Source of the DNA: Octopus sinensis
Lineage: Eukaryota
Direction of reading: 5' to 3'
Length of the DNA: 64,000 bases
NCBI RefSeq assembly: GCF_006345805.1
Contig: NC_042999.1
Location: forward strand, 46,562,001-46,626,000
Shown piece by piece: positions 25,038 to 38,669 of this stretch. The notes beneath the pieces are model-generated. The model did not search any database. It was not told the origin of the DNA and saw only the letters and a list, made by a program, of their open reading frames with translations. Both the position numbers and the translations under genes were made by a program. Numbering within the stretch: the stretch's first letter is position 1; every line of letters starts with the position of its first letter.

Positions 25038-25519
25038 TAAATATAAATTAGAGATAAAACCACTATTAGGCAACTCAAACAGTGATATACATAAACCAAT
25101 ACACAAATAACCAATATATATATATATATAAATTATTTTTTTTAATATATAACTTATAACTAGATCTCAAAAAGTATAAAATGAATGAAAATATATAATA
25201 TAATATATAAAAACACTACCTACGTTTCATGGCTATAATTAAATTCGAATTGCAGTTAAGTTTAAATTCAATTGAAATAAATTTGATTTAAAATCATAGC
25301 CAATCTTCAGGTTATTTCAATTGAATTTAATTATAGAAATGAAATGTACGTAGTGTTTTTACATATATTATATTTTATCATTCATTTTATACTTTTTGAG
25401 ATCTTGTTATAAGTTATATATTTAAAAAAAGTTATATATATATTAGTTATTTATGTATTGGTTTATGTCTATCACTGTTTGAGTTGCATAATAGTGGTTT
25501 TATCTCTAATTTATATTTT
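25038..25519. repeat. Large fold-back palindrome (~200-bp arms), Penelope pseudo-LTR-like
   Basis: 25038-~25245 is the imperfect reverse complement of ~25323-25519. A hammerhead motif lies at the centre. Confidence 0.85.
25217..25314 (-). ncRNA. Type I hammerhead ribozyme-like motif
   Basis: Minus strand: taac-CUGAAGA-u-UGGCUAUGAUU...AAUUAUAGCCA-u-GAAAC-GUA-ggta. Intact core, 11-bp stem II, weak stem I. Confidence 0.65.
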
Positions 25520-25615
25520 ATCATATCTATTTATACTGTGAGATTTGATTTAATACTAAATTGAATTTTTCCCTGTAAGCTTGGAGTTATACTCCCTAAT
25601 ATTATTATATATTAC

Positions 25616-25646
25616 AGCTAATGATTTGCATACCGTAAGAGTTTAA

Positions 25647-25683
<37 letters not shown>

Positions 25684-25713
25684 TAAACTCTTACGGTATG
25701 CAAATCATTAGCT
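25616..25713. repeat. Perfect 31-bp inverted repeat centred on (TA)n
   Basis: agctaatgatttgcataccgtaagagtttaa (25616-25646) and its exact reverse complement (25683-25713). Confidence 0.95.
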
Positions 25714-27046
25714 TTAGTTTTCTGTTGCTAAAAGATTTCTTGAGTACTTGATGAGAAACCAATAGGGTTAAATAGAGAAAGACTTCATCATTTTTATATT
25801 CTCTCAATCTAGGGATAAACAGCAAACTTTACTCTGCACGCACAAATCACATTTTATGTCATTCTGCACTGTCTCGTAAAAATAAGAGACATTTGTCCCT
25901 TACATGAATTTTAGCAATCATAAGACAGGAAATAATCATTACACCATATGCTGATTGAATCATGCCATTTGGAATACCTTTCATCATATCAAATAATCCA
26001 AGCTGACAAATAAAGAGAAGTAGCACGTATCAATATGTATAGTAAAGAAAAACAATATTTTTCGGACATGACCAGCGCCATCTTATCAACATGATAATCC
26101 CCTGGCAAATCAATGCGCTGGATTATATGGTATTTATTTATTGACCGTTGACCACAGCATGCATAAATCAGAATTTGGTTTATGTACCGGTGTTCCTCAC
26201 GTCCATACATTAAGACGGCAACGGGCAGGACCAAATATAGTTTGGACTATAGCCGTGTCAAATCTGGTTTGCAGCCACATCTTTTTCAAGGCTGTCGACA
26301 TTAGCAGAATATGTGACGTCACATATAAAAATTATTGCTTCATTATTTGAGTTACGCGCAATAAAATTTAGAATGAAAAAAATAGAACAAATTTAATTTT
26401 TTTTTGTGCTTCCAAACAAATTAATGGTTCATATTAATACGAAGGAATTGAGATTACTTGGTGAAAATAAAAGATTCCCCTAGTGCAAGATTTCAAACGT
26501 TAACTGTTTTCACTTTCGTAAATGAATGGAGAAAGTGAGACAGTAGTTTCTCACATATAGTTTAAGTGAATAACCGATTCTAAGAAACATGGGAATAACA
26601 AAAACTCGTATAATTGACCGCTGAGGATAGCAGGTAAACTGGCTTATGCTAACTTTAAATGAAGCTACTATCATTATTATTCAGCCTCACTAAAATTGTT
26701 TTATCTCTCCACTACCTGCCGTATCATAAATGGAATAGCTCAAATTTTAACATTAACACTTTAACGAATCTTTCATAATAACAGGTGAGGTTATTGGTTT
26801 CTAAATGAAAATCAATTTCTTTCTCTAGCCAAGCACGATTATACTTTCATTTTTTAAAAATTATTTTTTTCGGCACGACATAAAAAATATACTTTAGTAA
26901 TTACCTCAGCCTCCAAAATTCTTTTACGAACCTAGAGTAGAGAATAAATACTTCTAATGCAAAGTACGTAAATAAAAACAAAGACTTAATAAATTAGTAG
27001 AAGCTCGAATTAAATAAATGGTGAAAGGATACTGAGAAAAATACAA

Positions 27047-27220
27047 TTCTTTCTACTATGGGCAAAACGTCTGAAATTTTGGGGGAGGTGGTTAATCGAT
27101 TACATCGACTCCAGTAGAAGGCTGGTACGTATTTTACTGACATCGAAAGAATGAAAGGCAAATTCGGCGGAATGCGAACTGAAAATGGCGTGCTAAATAT
27201 TCTGCCGACTCGTCTCCGCA
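27047..27220 (-). mobile_element. SINE family A, degenerate
   Basis: aatcgattacatcgac...ctggtac.tatttt...atgaaaggcaaa. Confidence 0.65.
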
Positions 27221-27678
27221 TTGAAAATAATGGTAAAGAAAAATTAGATGACGCCAGAGTTAGTCTACAAACATTTGCCCGTTCAATACTATACAGTCGT
27301 ATTTCGTTTACATAAGCAGCCAGTGGTCTCTATGTGGTCACTCAACCTTCGAGTAATAGCAGCGAAGTAACAGATAATTTAGATAATATAAATTGAATAC
27401 AGTATGTCAGAATAAAGATAATGTGCCTCATGACTAAAACTTACTTAATCATTGGCCTTCGCAAGCAAAGTTAACCTGGGGCTAAATAACAACATGAGGT
27501 CACAATTGCTAATAATCGGCCTCACTAAACAATAACCTCACCTGCTGTATATGAAGGATTCGCAAATGACTTAACGTAAAATCTTGGTATATTACATGTA
27601 TGATACGGCAGATAGTTAAGAGTTAAAACATTTTTGGTACATATAGCAACACTAGTAGTCAATATATAACAAAAATAA

Positions 27679-28270
27679 GGCGGTGAGCTGGCAGAATCGT
27701 TAGCACGCTGGGCAAAATGCTTAGCGGCATCTCGTCTGTCTTTATATTCTGAGTTGAAATACTTCAAAGGTTGACTTTGCCTTTCATCGTTTTGAAGTCG
27801 ATAAAATAAGTACCAGTTGAATACTGGGGTCGACGTAATCGACTTAGCCTCTCCTCAAAATCACTGGCCTTGTATCAAAGTTTGAAATCAATATATAGTA
27901 AAAGTAAGATGGTGAGTTGGCAGAACCGTTAGAACTGCCGACAAAATACTTGGCGACATTTCGTCCGTCTTTTCATTATGAGTTAAAATTCCGTCGAGGT
28001 TGACTTTGTCTTTCATCCCTCTCGGGGTCGATAAGATAAATATACGTAAAGCACTGGGGTCGATGAAATATACTTCCTCCTCCACCAAAATTACTGTCCT
28101 TGCGCAAACGCAAAACCAATATATAAAAAAAGTAGATTAATTGGCAAAGATATAAATGTGCCCTTCGGTATTTGGCCAGGGATATTGTGATCTGCGATCA
28201 AGTCTTTCGGATGTTAAATTTTCCTTTCAATGACTCGGGGTCAATATAAAAACCAGGCTAGGCCAGGGCA
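27679..28270 (+). mobile_element. Head-to-tail cluster of three SINE A copies (27679, 27908, ~28135)
   Basis: Repeated g(g/a).ggtgag.tggcagaa heads and tcatc...gtcgataa core, each copy more degenerate than the last. Confidence 0.75.
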
Positions 28271-29585
28271 GTGGATGGACAGGATCGTTAACGTACCAGA
28301 TGGTATTTATTGCCCCATGTGTTACGGCTTTTTGCTTTCTGCGTTCAAATCCACCCAAATCACAAAATAATGGTGAGATTTCTTTAAGGATTTAGGGATA
28401 CAGAAAGCAACCAAACAACAACAACAAGACAAACAGAAAAACGATGGAAATATAACAATCTGTTGAAGGATGGAGACAATGATTCAAGTGATGAACTGAG
28501 AAGGAAAGAAAAAAATTTAAATAACGCCGGTCATTGCATCAACGCTGATCACGTGATAATGTAAACCTTTACATCTTTCATTTTCTTCATTTACACTCAT
28601 GAAGCCTACTTCTGTTTAGCTGATTTTCTCTTCCATATCCGCCCAACTAAGTTCGTACTTATAGACGGCTTTCTAAATTGGAGCCACCTACACCGAATAA
28701 AGAAATTAGAACTAAAGTTTTCATTTATATGTGCATTACTTGGTGAATACATATATATAGTGTGATTGTGTTAGTGTTCTTCGACACATAAGCGCACAAA
28801 CACTCACACTCACACACACATGCATAATCTGTCTTTCTCTCCCCTCTCTGTGTGTTTATATATATATATATATATATATATGCATGAATATACACAAACA
28901 TTCAAATATGTGTCTATGTGTGCATGTCTCTGTATGCAACTAGAGAGAACGAGAGAAAAATAATAAAGAATCCAACATAAGGAGTACACACAGATACACA
29001 CTCACACAAGCACACACACACACAATCCTTGAGATATCAGATGAAAAAAACAAGATCATTTTTGATCAAAGACCATGGAAAACAATGGAAAACCATGTGT
29101 ATAAACAAAAACAAAAAAAAAACGGGAAAACATTACAATGTAATTGGAAAATAAAGATATTGCTGTAATACACAGAGATATATAAAAAAGTGGTTGAATA
29201 CAAACTCGAACAAATTAAATGTTAAAATAACCTTTAAACAAAAATAAATGGATAACATGAATAAGACAAATAACGAGTTGTCTTTAAAGTAGACTTTGGA
29301 AATGTACCAGTCCCTAATGTCTTTCAGTAATGATTGAAATGCTTTATGGAACGTTTTTCTCTTTTATTCTAATGCCAAACTAAAGTCTTTCAGTGTAAGT
29401 AGGAGTCGTTCTGATAGTTTAAAGACAACCCAGTATTGTTTTGTTTCCATCCAGAGTTGTTTATTTGTTTTTCACGAAAATTGTGCCTGATCAATATTGA
29501 CATCGTAAGCGTAAGATTGTGTGCAGTGAGTTTCTCGGCGTTATATATTATTGGAATCGTGTTTTTATCGTTGGTGTACATATGC

Positions 29586-29642
<57 letters not shown>

Positions 29643-29647
29643 ATATA

Positions 29648-29697
<50 letters not shown>

Positions 29698-29759
29698 GTA
29701 TATATATGTATAATATATATGTATATATATATATGTATATATATATGTATATATATATA

Positions 29760-29977
29760 CATCCTTTTCAGTATGTTGACCTCGTGAAGACCACTTGCAT
29801 TTTTTTCCCTCTGTCCTCTCACCTCGGGATCTTTCTTTCTCCTATGTTTCCGACGAAGAGCTCCGCTCGAAACGTCATACCTCCTTCTTCCCTTTTTTCC
29901 TGAGCGTCCAATAATACTTTAATTGTTCCACATCCTCGCGTTGTTGTCTTTTTGTTTTCTTGTTTGGATTAACTTTA
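29760..29977 (+). mobile_element. Family P1 hammerhead-bearing repeat
   Basis: Hammerhead-like motif guuu-CCGACGA-A-GAGC ucc GCUC-GAAAC-GUC-auac (29846-29880), cctgagcgtc..aataatac tail, (TA)n on both sides. Confidence 0.6.
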
Positions 29978-29983
29978 TATATA

Positions 29984-30038
<55 letters not shown>

Positions 30039-30648
30039 AACACACACAAACATTTTCTTTATTTGCTTGATCTTGTCTTTGGACTACAATCATATTGTGT
30101 CGTCCCCGTGAAGTGTTTTCAAATCGACCGGGTACTTTCTTTTGCGTTTGTTACGTATTTGTGTTTGTATGCAGGTGTGTATGTGCGTACACACACACAC
30201 ACACATACACGTACATACACACACACACACACACACATATCTATACACTCACACGAGTATGCTCCAAGACCATTTCATTTCACAAGATCGATACACTTGT
30301 TTGATCCATGACGTGTGTGAAGGTCGGAACCAATGGTATAGTCATACACACCGAACATCGAGCCTGCAGCAGGCAATGCCAAGCTAAAGCACTGAAACTT
30401 TTCTCCCCTAACCCTAGAAACAGATATATATCTATCAGTGTAACAGTGTATATATGATATAACCAATAACCTACAATTGATAATGAATGAAGCCAGTTGA
30501 TTATTAGCTTTGGCACGCCACTTGAACGTAAACTTGTCCCCCTACAAGCTTTGTTTCGTTGGCGATGATTACTCAAATGTTTTATTAGAGCATTTCAGTA
30601 AAATTATATTAATGTGTCCAACTGATTAACATTTCTTTTTATTTATTT

Positions 30649-30736
30649 ATGCAGCTGAGGATAGTCCTGCACTTAAATTGCTGTGATGATTGCATTGTTC
30701 TATTAAATGGAGCCGCTTGAAACGGTCGTACTGCAT
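30649..30736 (+). ncRNA. Type I hammerhead ribozyme-like motif
   Basis: AUGCAG-CUGAGGA-...-GAAAC ggucGUA-CUGCAU. Perfect 6-bp stem I, intact core, GUA site, decayed stem II. Confidence 0.7.
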
Positions 30737-31303
30737 CACCTCTTGATATCCTGCTTATATATATATATCAAGGGCCAGTTTTTATTGCGGGTATCGGGTC
30801 TCAGAACTCAAATTGCTGGAACAGACGCCACAAGTTTTTTTCTTCCGGGAGCCTAACTGTTATATATAACTTTGTTGATTTCATCAAATTGTGGTTTTGA
30901 CATTGAAAATAGCATACCTGTGTGTGTGTATGTGCGTGCGCGCGCATGTTTGTGTGCGTGTGGTTGTGTGTGTGGTGGTGGTGGTGTGTACATGTGCGTT
31001 AGTGAATACACCGGTGTAATTTTGACGGCTTTTGTTTATCACATGATAAATGATATTACAGCACAAATTTCTTTCATTACATTTATTTTGAGCGTTTTTT
31101 AATAATGTTTAGAAATTGGAAAAGGGAAGACGAATACCAGAAATTTGTTTATGCTTAAACTGTCGAATGTTATTTCTGAGTGACAGCTCTATGTGGAAAA
31201 TTGGAAGTTAAGTAGGTTGCGCTATCAGCTTTGTCAGTGTGTGCAAATGAGAACAGCCAATAACAAAATTCGCATTGTCAGTGGATTTCGAAGCACGACG
31301 TAC

Positions 31304-31391
<88 letters not shown>

Positions 31392-31535
31392 TATGTGTAT
31401 ATATATAAGCATTTTGCCCACTGTGCTAACCTTTCTGCAAGCTTGCCGCCTTACATGCAAGTGGGAATAATAAAGTCAAATCTTTCACAACATCGATGTA
31501 TGGTTTGAAATTATTTAATTCACACAGACAGACAG

Positions 31536-31593
<58 letters not shown>

Positions 31594-31840
31594 CCACGTG
31601 TGTTTTACTTACGGTGGTAGCATTAGGATTTTGATTTCTGGACCAGGAAATGCATTACGTTCTTGATTAAAACGTTTCGTTTTACATTGCTGCAGTCTAC
31701 TCACCTGGCAAAAATGAGTTATTTTGCGACGGACTACTGTCACGTCCAGGAAGAAATATATACGTCACAATATCTGGGGAAATGTTCTTATGAGCCTATT
31801 GCTCACTAGCTATCTTTAATCCTTTTTTTGTGCGTGTATA

Positions 31841-32773
31841 CGTGGTTGTATCAAAACGTTCCCAGACTAGTTCTGTAGTCCGCCAACAGATGGTAGAAGA
31901 CGGTTGCATGCATAGTGTGAGGTAGCAGTGATCTCCATGAGGCAGTGACCTCCATGAGGCAGTGGCATTCATGAGGCACTCTGCCGAATGACATTGCTGT
32001 GTCTCCTTCACGAGTTGGGAAATTTGGGTTTTTGTGATCACGTGCATGATGCAGTTTGCGACTTTTGTTATGGACCGGAAGTTAGAACAAAGGGCCAACG
32101 GGAAAGGTTGCGTTAGACTCGAGAAGTTCGCTACAGAGACATTGCGCATGCTTCGGCAAGCTTTCAGCAACGAGGCAATAGATCGTATGCGATGTTTCGA
32201 GTACCACAGGCGCTTCAAAAGCGGAGGAACATCCGTGGAGGTCTTAGAGCGATCTGAAAGACCTCACACGACTCCCGGAAATGTGGGGAAACTTCATTAG
32301 CTTGTGCATGCGGTTTTTCGGAGGACAATCAAAGACATTGCTGATGTTGCTCTGTGGTAGTGGTGCGTGCAAGCAATGCTAACATCTGGATTCTCCATAA
32401 CGACAATATACCCTCTCGCCGAGCTCTCCTCACTCGTAATTTTCTCTCCAAAAGGAACATGTTATCGATTCCACACCCAATCTATTCGCCAGATTAAAGA
32501 ATCTGCGGACTTCCATTTCTTCTCCAACATGAAAATGCAACTCAAAGGTCGCCGCTTAACACCGTTGTCGAGATCCAGATCGAATCGCAGGAGGTCCTCG
32601 ACTCGCTTACGGAAAACGATTTCTAGGACGGATCCCAAAAATTGCAGGATAGCTGCGGCCAGTGCATTGTTGTACAAGGTAACTAGTTCGAAGGAGATGA
32701 TGTTAAAACTTAGGTAAATAAATTATTCTTTATTAAGCATAACTTAGTCCGGGGACTTTTTGATACCACCACG
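31841..32773 (+). mobile_element. mariner transposon, internally deleted
   Basis: TA TSDs. TIRs cgtggttgtatcaaaacgttcccagactag / ttagtccggggactttttgataccaccacg. Peptides EQRAN..ATETLRMLRQAF...RFKSG and ADFHFFSNMKMQLKGRR. Confidence 0.9.
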
Positions 32774-32784
32774 TATTTATGTAT

Positions 32785-32995
32785 GTGGCCGTGTCTTTGT
32801 GTTTTTCCTCCCTACCGCTTCAGCACAGGTGTTGGTTTGCCTGTGTCCCTATAAATTACCGGCTTAGCAAAAACATCACGGAATTTTTCTAGAAGTCACT
32901 ATTTCCTGTACTGAGGCCATTTGTGCGACTAAATATTCAAGATGGTGTTGCCGCATGAACGTAATCGAATGACAGAAACGAGCAAAACAGTAAAA
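32785..32995 (+). mobile_element. SINE family B, degenerate 3' part
   Basis: ccgctt...gttggtttg...cgactaa...gcatg...tgacagaaac.agcaaaa, similar to the family B tail. Confidence 0.45.
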
Positions 32996-33344
32996 ATAAA
33001 AGAATGCAAGTACAGACAAATACATGCTTTGGGCTTAAGGGCAAATCGAAGAGTTGGTCTCTCGATCTGTTATCGCTTCGGTTTTCGACAATAACATCTG
33101 TTAATTCTCCTACATGCTTTCCGCTATTAACAATGGTAAACGTAGTTTGCAGCACAAAGGTCGGATTATGAACACGGCATTGATTTAAAAGTGATAAGTC
33201 ACGCGTCTGAATCGACAGAAATTATATTTTTGCATCATGAATATGAATTGTTGGAATGTAATAATTAATAATGCACATATAAGATGAATGCACTTAAAGG
33301 TAGTTAACGTATAAAATACAGAGAATACATAAATGCTGATATAA

Positions 33345-33417
<73 letters not shown>

Positions 33418-34058
33418 ATTTATTCCTATCTATCTATTGGTCGATCGATCTGTAAGCATACACACATGCATATGTCTCTGTGTGTATGTGTTTATGAATA
33501 TAATTATCTAAGAGCAATGAATATATGTTTATTATGTTAGACAGATATAGTTAAGTTTATTTTGAGTGCAATGTCGAATACAGCTACATAAACATATACC
33601 TACATATATACATTTAATTCCTTTTCCTTTATAGAAAGTTACCAGTGAGGCAATGTTGGTCTGTCAGTTTTTATAGAGCAAAAACCCGAAAGTTATTAAT
33701 ATTCACAATAAAAATAAACTTTTATTGATGTCATTAGCAGAGTTAATTTATTCCGAATTTATAGCTTCATCTGTAGTGCCTCATAAACAATGAACTACAA
33801 AAGTGTCTATTGATTTTTAACTCGATTTTGTTGGAACACATGCAGAGTTAGAAATATACTAATGGTTTCTCTCCAATAATTGCCACATTTCTTAAGAGTT
33901 AGTTCTATTTTGTTTTAACAAAACAATAATTGTAGGGAATATTTTCAACTGAAATACACACACATTGCATGCGTATATATATATATATATACTTAAATAG
34001 ACATACACACGTATACATGTATATATATATAGAATATACATATATATATATACATACA

Positions 34059-34131
<73 letters not shown>

Positions 34132-34330
34132 CGTATATATATTTATTCATTTATATATATGTACCTGTATCTAGACATGCGATAAATAGTTGGTTAGAAT
34201 AAGTAACTCCAAATTAAAGAACTCAATACCAAGTTAAAGTGTACAGTAAAAAATATTTTTATAGCCGCTTACTTAAATATCTGCTACCAAAACTCAAAGT
34301 CATCATTATTTTTAATATTACCCCATCCAA

Positions 34331-34540
34331 GCTGGTGAGCTGGCAGAAACGTTAGCACGCCGGGCGAAATGGTTTGTGCTATTTCGTCTGTCGATACGTT
34401 CTGAGTTCAAATTCAACCGATGTCGACTTTAATTTTCATCCTTTCGGGTTCAATAAGTTAAGTAGCAGTTGCTACTGGCGTCGCTCTAATCGACTAGCCC
34501 CATAAAAATTTCGGGACTTGTGCCTAAGAGCAGAAAAGAA
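34331..34540 (+). mobile_element. SINE family A
   Basis: gctggtgagctggcagaaacgttagcacgccgggcgaaatg...gagttcaaattc...tcatcctttcggg. Confidence 0.85.
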
Positions 34541-34925
34541 TATTAACCCATTCATATATACATACATTTTACGGGTGTACGTACACATGGTACGTAGTTG
34601 TCAATAATTCCTGCAAGTTGTGCGATTTTCTTGACTGGATATGCGTATATATGTTTTTATTCTTCCACCCTATATCATTCCCAGCTGTACGAATTACTCA
34701 CAGCCTACCTGTACATCATAGCTAAACAATTACTACTTGTGCAGTGCTATTTCTCTGCCTTCACAAAATTGCTGTAGTTCTATGCGGTAAATTTATCACC
34801 AGAGTTAAAGAAGATTGTATCAGATATAGGCCAGTTTGAAGCATATTGAATACTCTCCGAGAAAACACTATCCTTTTGTAATGAAAATATCCCATGGATA
34901 CAAACTGCAATATCTTATAGTCTAA

Positions 34926-35320
34926 GGCGTGAGCTGGCCGAAACGTTAGCACACCGGGCGAAATGCGTAGCTGTATTTCGTCTGCCATTACGTTCTGAGT
35001 TCAAATTCCGCCGAGGTCGACTTTGCTTTTAATCCTTTCGGGATAGATAAATTAAGTACCAGTTGCGCACTGGGGTTGATGTAATCGACTTAATCCGTTT
35101 GTCTGTCCTTGTTTGTCCTCTCTGTGTAGCGCCTTGTGTGTAGTAAAGAAATAGGTATTTTGTATGTCTTTACGTTCTGAGATAAAATTCTGCCGAGGTC
35201 GACTTTGCCTTTCATCGTTTCGGGGTCGATGAATTAAGTACCAGTTGCATACTGAAGTCAAGCTAATTGACTGGCCCCCTCCCCTAAAATTTTGGCCCTT
35301 GTGCCAAGAGTATAAAAGAA
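34926..35320 (+). mobile_element. SINE family A, dimeric form
   Basis: Full head plus a second headless unit from ~35155, the same architecture as 5778-6186. Confidence 0.85.
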
Positions 35321-35415
35321 AAGAATAACTTATAGTCACCGTATATACACATATATACATGTAATGGATATATATATTTACCAGCGAAATATATATATAT
35401 ATATATATATATATA

Positions 35416-35621
35416 TTTCTTTACTACCCACAAGGGGCTAAACACAGAGAGGACAAACAAGGACATACAAAGGGATTAAGTGGATTATATCGACCCCAGT
35501 GCGAAACTGGTACTTTATTTATCGACCCCGAAAGGATGAAAGGCAAAGTCGACCTCGGCGGAATTTGAACTCAGAACGTAAGGATGGATGAAACGTCCGG
35601 CGTGCTAACGATGCTACCAGC
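35416..35621 (-). mobile_element. SINE family A
   Basis: Reverse complement of the family A body and tail (tttctttactacccacaaggggctaaacacag...gaaaggatgaaaggcaaagtcgacc). Confidence 0.85.
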
Positions 35622-37805
35622 ATTGTTATGCTGTATGATATAACATTGACAAAGGCATGAGTAATATGCCATCAAACTTTCGCTGAATTTACATCTTTGT
35701 CAAATAATTAGTCACAAAGAGGAGTTAAGCTCACCCTAGCTATTCCGTTGGCCGGTTTCGAATTCTAGTTGGAACTAACCGATTTTAACGCTATCAATAA
35801 TACTTTTCAGTGTGGCATTTTATATTCCTTTATATAAATTTTATGGACTTGAGTCAAAGTAATAAAATATAAAAATGAATAGATATTCTTTGCTTTCAGA
35901 CATTTTTATGTATGGTGTTTCAATAAATCCTGTGAAAATTATATAAACCTCCACATTAGTAGAAACTTATTCTCTTAAATGCTTTATGGTTAAAAATTCA
36001 AGAATATTTTTAGTGCATCGACAAAATATAATAACCTTATGAACCGGTTCTATGTTTGTATTTCAATATCATGAACACGCATCAATATAAATTAAAATAC
36101 ACACCATATATACAGAGGCATGCACACATTCACACACGTGCAACAGAAGCATAAGTATATATCTACATGCTATATTAGTATACAGACACACTGTCCAAAA
36201 CTGTACAAAAATACAAAGGGTAGAGGTAGGTGATGGAAAAACGAAGTGTATTATTTTGACTCTAAGGAAAAATAGGAGCATCTTTGAGGTTTCGAGCTCA
36301 CACTCTTTTACGGAAAGGAACGAGGAAAGTGGGTGCTGATGTATGTATGCATGTGTGTGTAGTAGTAGGAAAGAGTGTGTGTGTGTGTGTGTGTGTGAAA
36401 GAGTGAAAGAGAGAGGGAGAGAAAGAGGGAGAGAGAGAAGCATATAAAAGTTCATGTAACATACTCACACATTAGATATGCTTGAATGACAAGCGTATCT
36501 TCCCCACAGGTATATTTATTTTGACTATGCGCATACACTTAGATTCTTAGTATTGTCTTCCCTACCTTAGTCGCTTCTGAATATGGCAAAAGGAAAGCAA
36601 AAAAAAAAAAAAAGATTGTGACGTTAATGGCTCTCTCGGGTGCATAACTGTTGTAAGCGAAGTGAAATAACTTCTACTGGGAATCGAAACCAGGTCGATA
36701 CTTGCCGGAGACGTATCGTTTGTTCTATGGTGCTTACCATTATCTATTTTATGAGACTGAACAAAATTCCACTCTATTGACTAATTATTGTAGCTGAAAA
36801 CAAGTCATGTCTGAGAGGACCTACAATCCAATAGGAAATTTATTCTTTGATTTCTGTTTATACTAAAAATATCAAAGTGGTGAATAACAAAGATCGGATA
36901 TTGTACACTAAATACTATTCAAGTTTGTAAAATGTGCAGTATAAAAGAAAGAGAAATGAAGAAAAAAATATGCTTAAAATAGATGAATAAAAATTGTTCT
37001 GTTATCGTTAAAACGAAGAATATAGAAGAATCTTAAAGAAGAAAGGAAAATATACCGAATAATCTCTTTTTATTTGCCAGCTTGTTTCTCGATGTTTCGA
37101 AACTGTTGATATCTTATTGTATTGATAATAGAAAGAAAAAGATAGAGAAAAAAAGGAATAGTTTATAACTTTAAATAGTTTGCTCTTTGTTTGTTCTTAA
37201 GAAATTAATACATGTATATAAGTGATCGATTCTATTGATATGCAAAGTTAGATCGATAGATCACAGATAAAATGTTGAAAAGAATAACTAATAAATAATA
37301 TTAATAAATAGATAGTTAGTCAGTTTTGAGGGGAAAGAAAAAAAAAACACTTAACTAAAGTGAGGGAAAATGAGGGAAGAAAAGAATAGAAAGGAAGAAA
37401 GTGACAGAGGGGAAAATCGTTTTCAGAGATATATGAATGGGTTGTGAAGCACAGTGACAGAGAGGTATTGAATGGTCTGTAAGAATTTGATGGAATGATG
37501 ATGGAAATTCAACGATCTCGATCTATCTATATATCATACCCTCAAGAATTAACTATCTGTCAATTATCGCTTGTTTATCTAAAATACTTTTGTATGCAAG
37601 AATACTATCACAGTCTATTACTGTCTTTCTGTCACCAACAAACTCACGAAGGAGCTTAGATACATACGTTTCTTCAACCACATACATACGTATATACATA
37701 TAAACATCTACTTATCTATCTAGCTAGGTATCTGTTGTTCTGCTTGCCAGTGTGTCTGTGTGTCAGTCTGTCAGTCTATATATCATTTATATATACTATG
37801 CATGC

Positions 37806-37872
<67 letters not shown>

Positions 37873-37959
37873 CTTATAAGAGTGTGTGCGTGCGTGTGTG
37901 TATATGTGTGCGTGTGTGTGAGTGTGTGTGCACATCCAATTCTTAATATTTTGTTATAG

Positions 37960-38460
37960 TCCGGATACTAAAGTTCAACTTTATTAATACCTAACTGACC
38001 ACAGCCGTACCGTAAGCCAACAAATACACTTAAGAACAATCAGTAGCATCCGACTCTGCGTAGACTTTGTGACTGTCAGAGAACGTTTCGGCTCCTTAGA
38101 AAAGCGAAGAGTGATGGAGGATTTAATAAATCAAGATGAAAAACAACGTTGACGCCAAAGTCATCAAGCACACAGATACCCATACTTCATCCTTCATCAG
38201 ACAACACAAATATGTAAAAAACGTTCCTCACAAATAAGGTGTAGCAATGCAGAATTCCATTTTATTTGCTGCCGACAAAAAACTGCGCTTGCGTGGTGGA
38301 TTTGAAAAATTATAATATATAAGCACGGGGCACATGCTGGATTGCCTCATATTTATATGTTTAATCTAGGCGTACCTGTTGATGAAGACTTCGCCTAGTA
38401 AATTATTTTATTTGCTAATTTAAAGTCAGAAACCATGGTCCAGGAAATACTTGGTAAATC
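37960..38460 (+). pseudogene. Highly decayed non-LTR RT fragment (RTE-like)
   Basis: VDFVTVRERFGSLEKRRVMEDLINQD resembles FVDYEKAFDSVE...L..QG. Weak downstream motifs only. Confidence 0.35.
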
Positions 38461-38486
38461 ATATTATTCTCACGACACCATCCCAG

Positions 38487-38655
38487 GCACAGGTGCGGCA
38501 GCATGGGTATGATGCTCGTTTTTTTAACCACATACTTTTTGGTTCAGTCTCATTGCGAGGTACTAAAGGGGAATCAGCTCTACTATAATGAGGAGCCGAC
38601 TAAGGACACGTCAGTGAATTTGTTAGATAAAAAGTGTGTGGAATCTGGTCATGTA
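38487..38655 (+). mobile_element. SINE family B, degenerate 5' part
   Basis: aaccacat...ggttcagtc...ctactata...gagccgac.aagg...gtgaatttg.tagat. Confidence 0.45.
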
Positions 38656-38669
38656 TATGTAGGTATATG

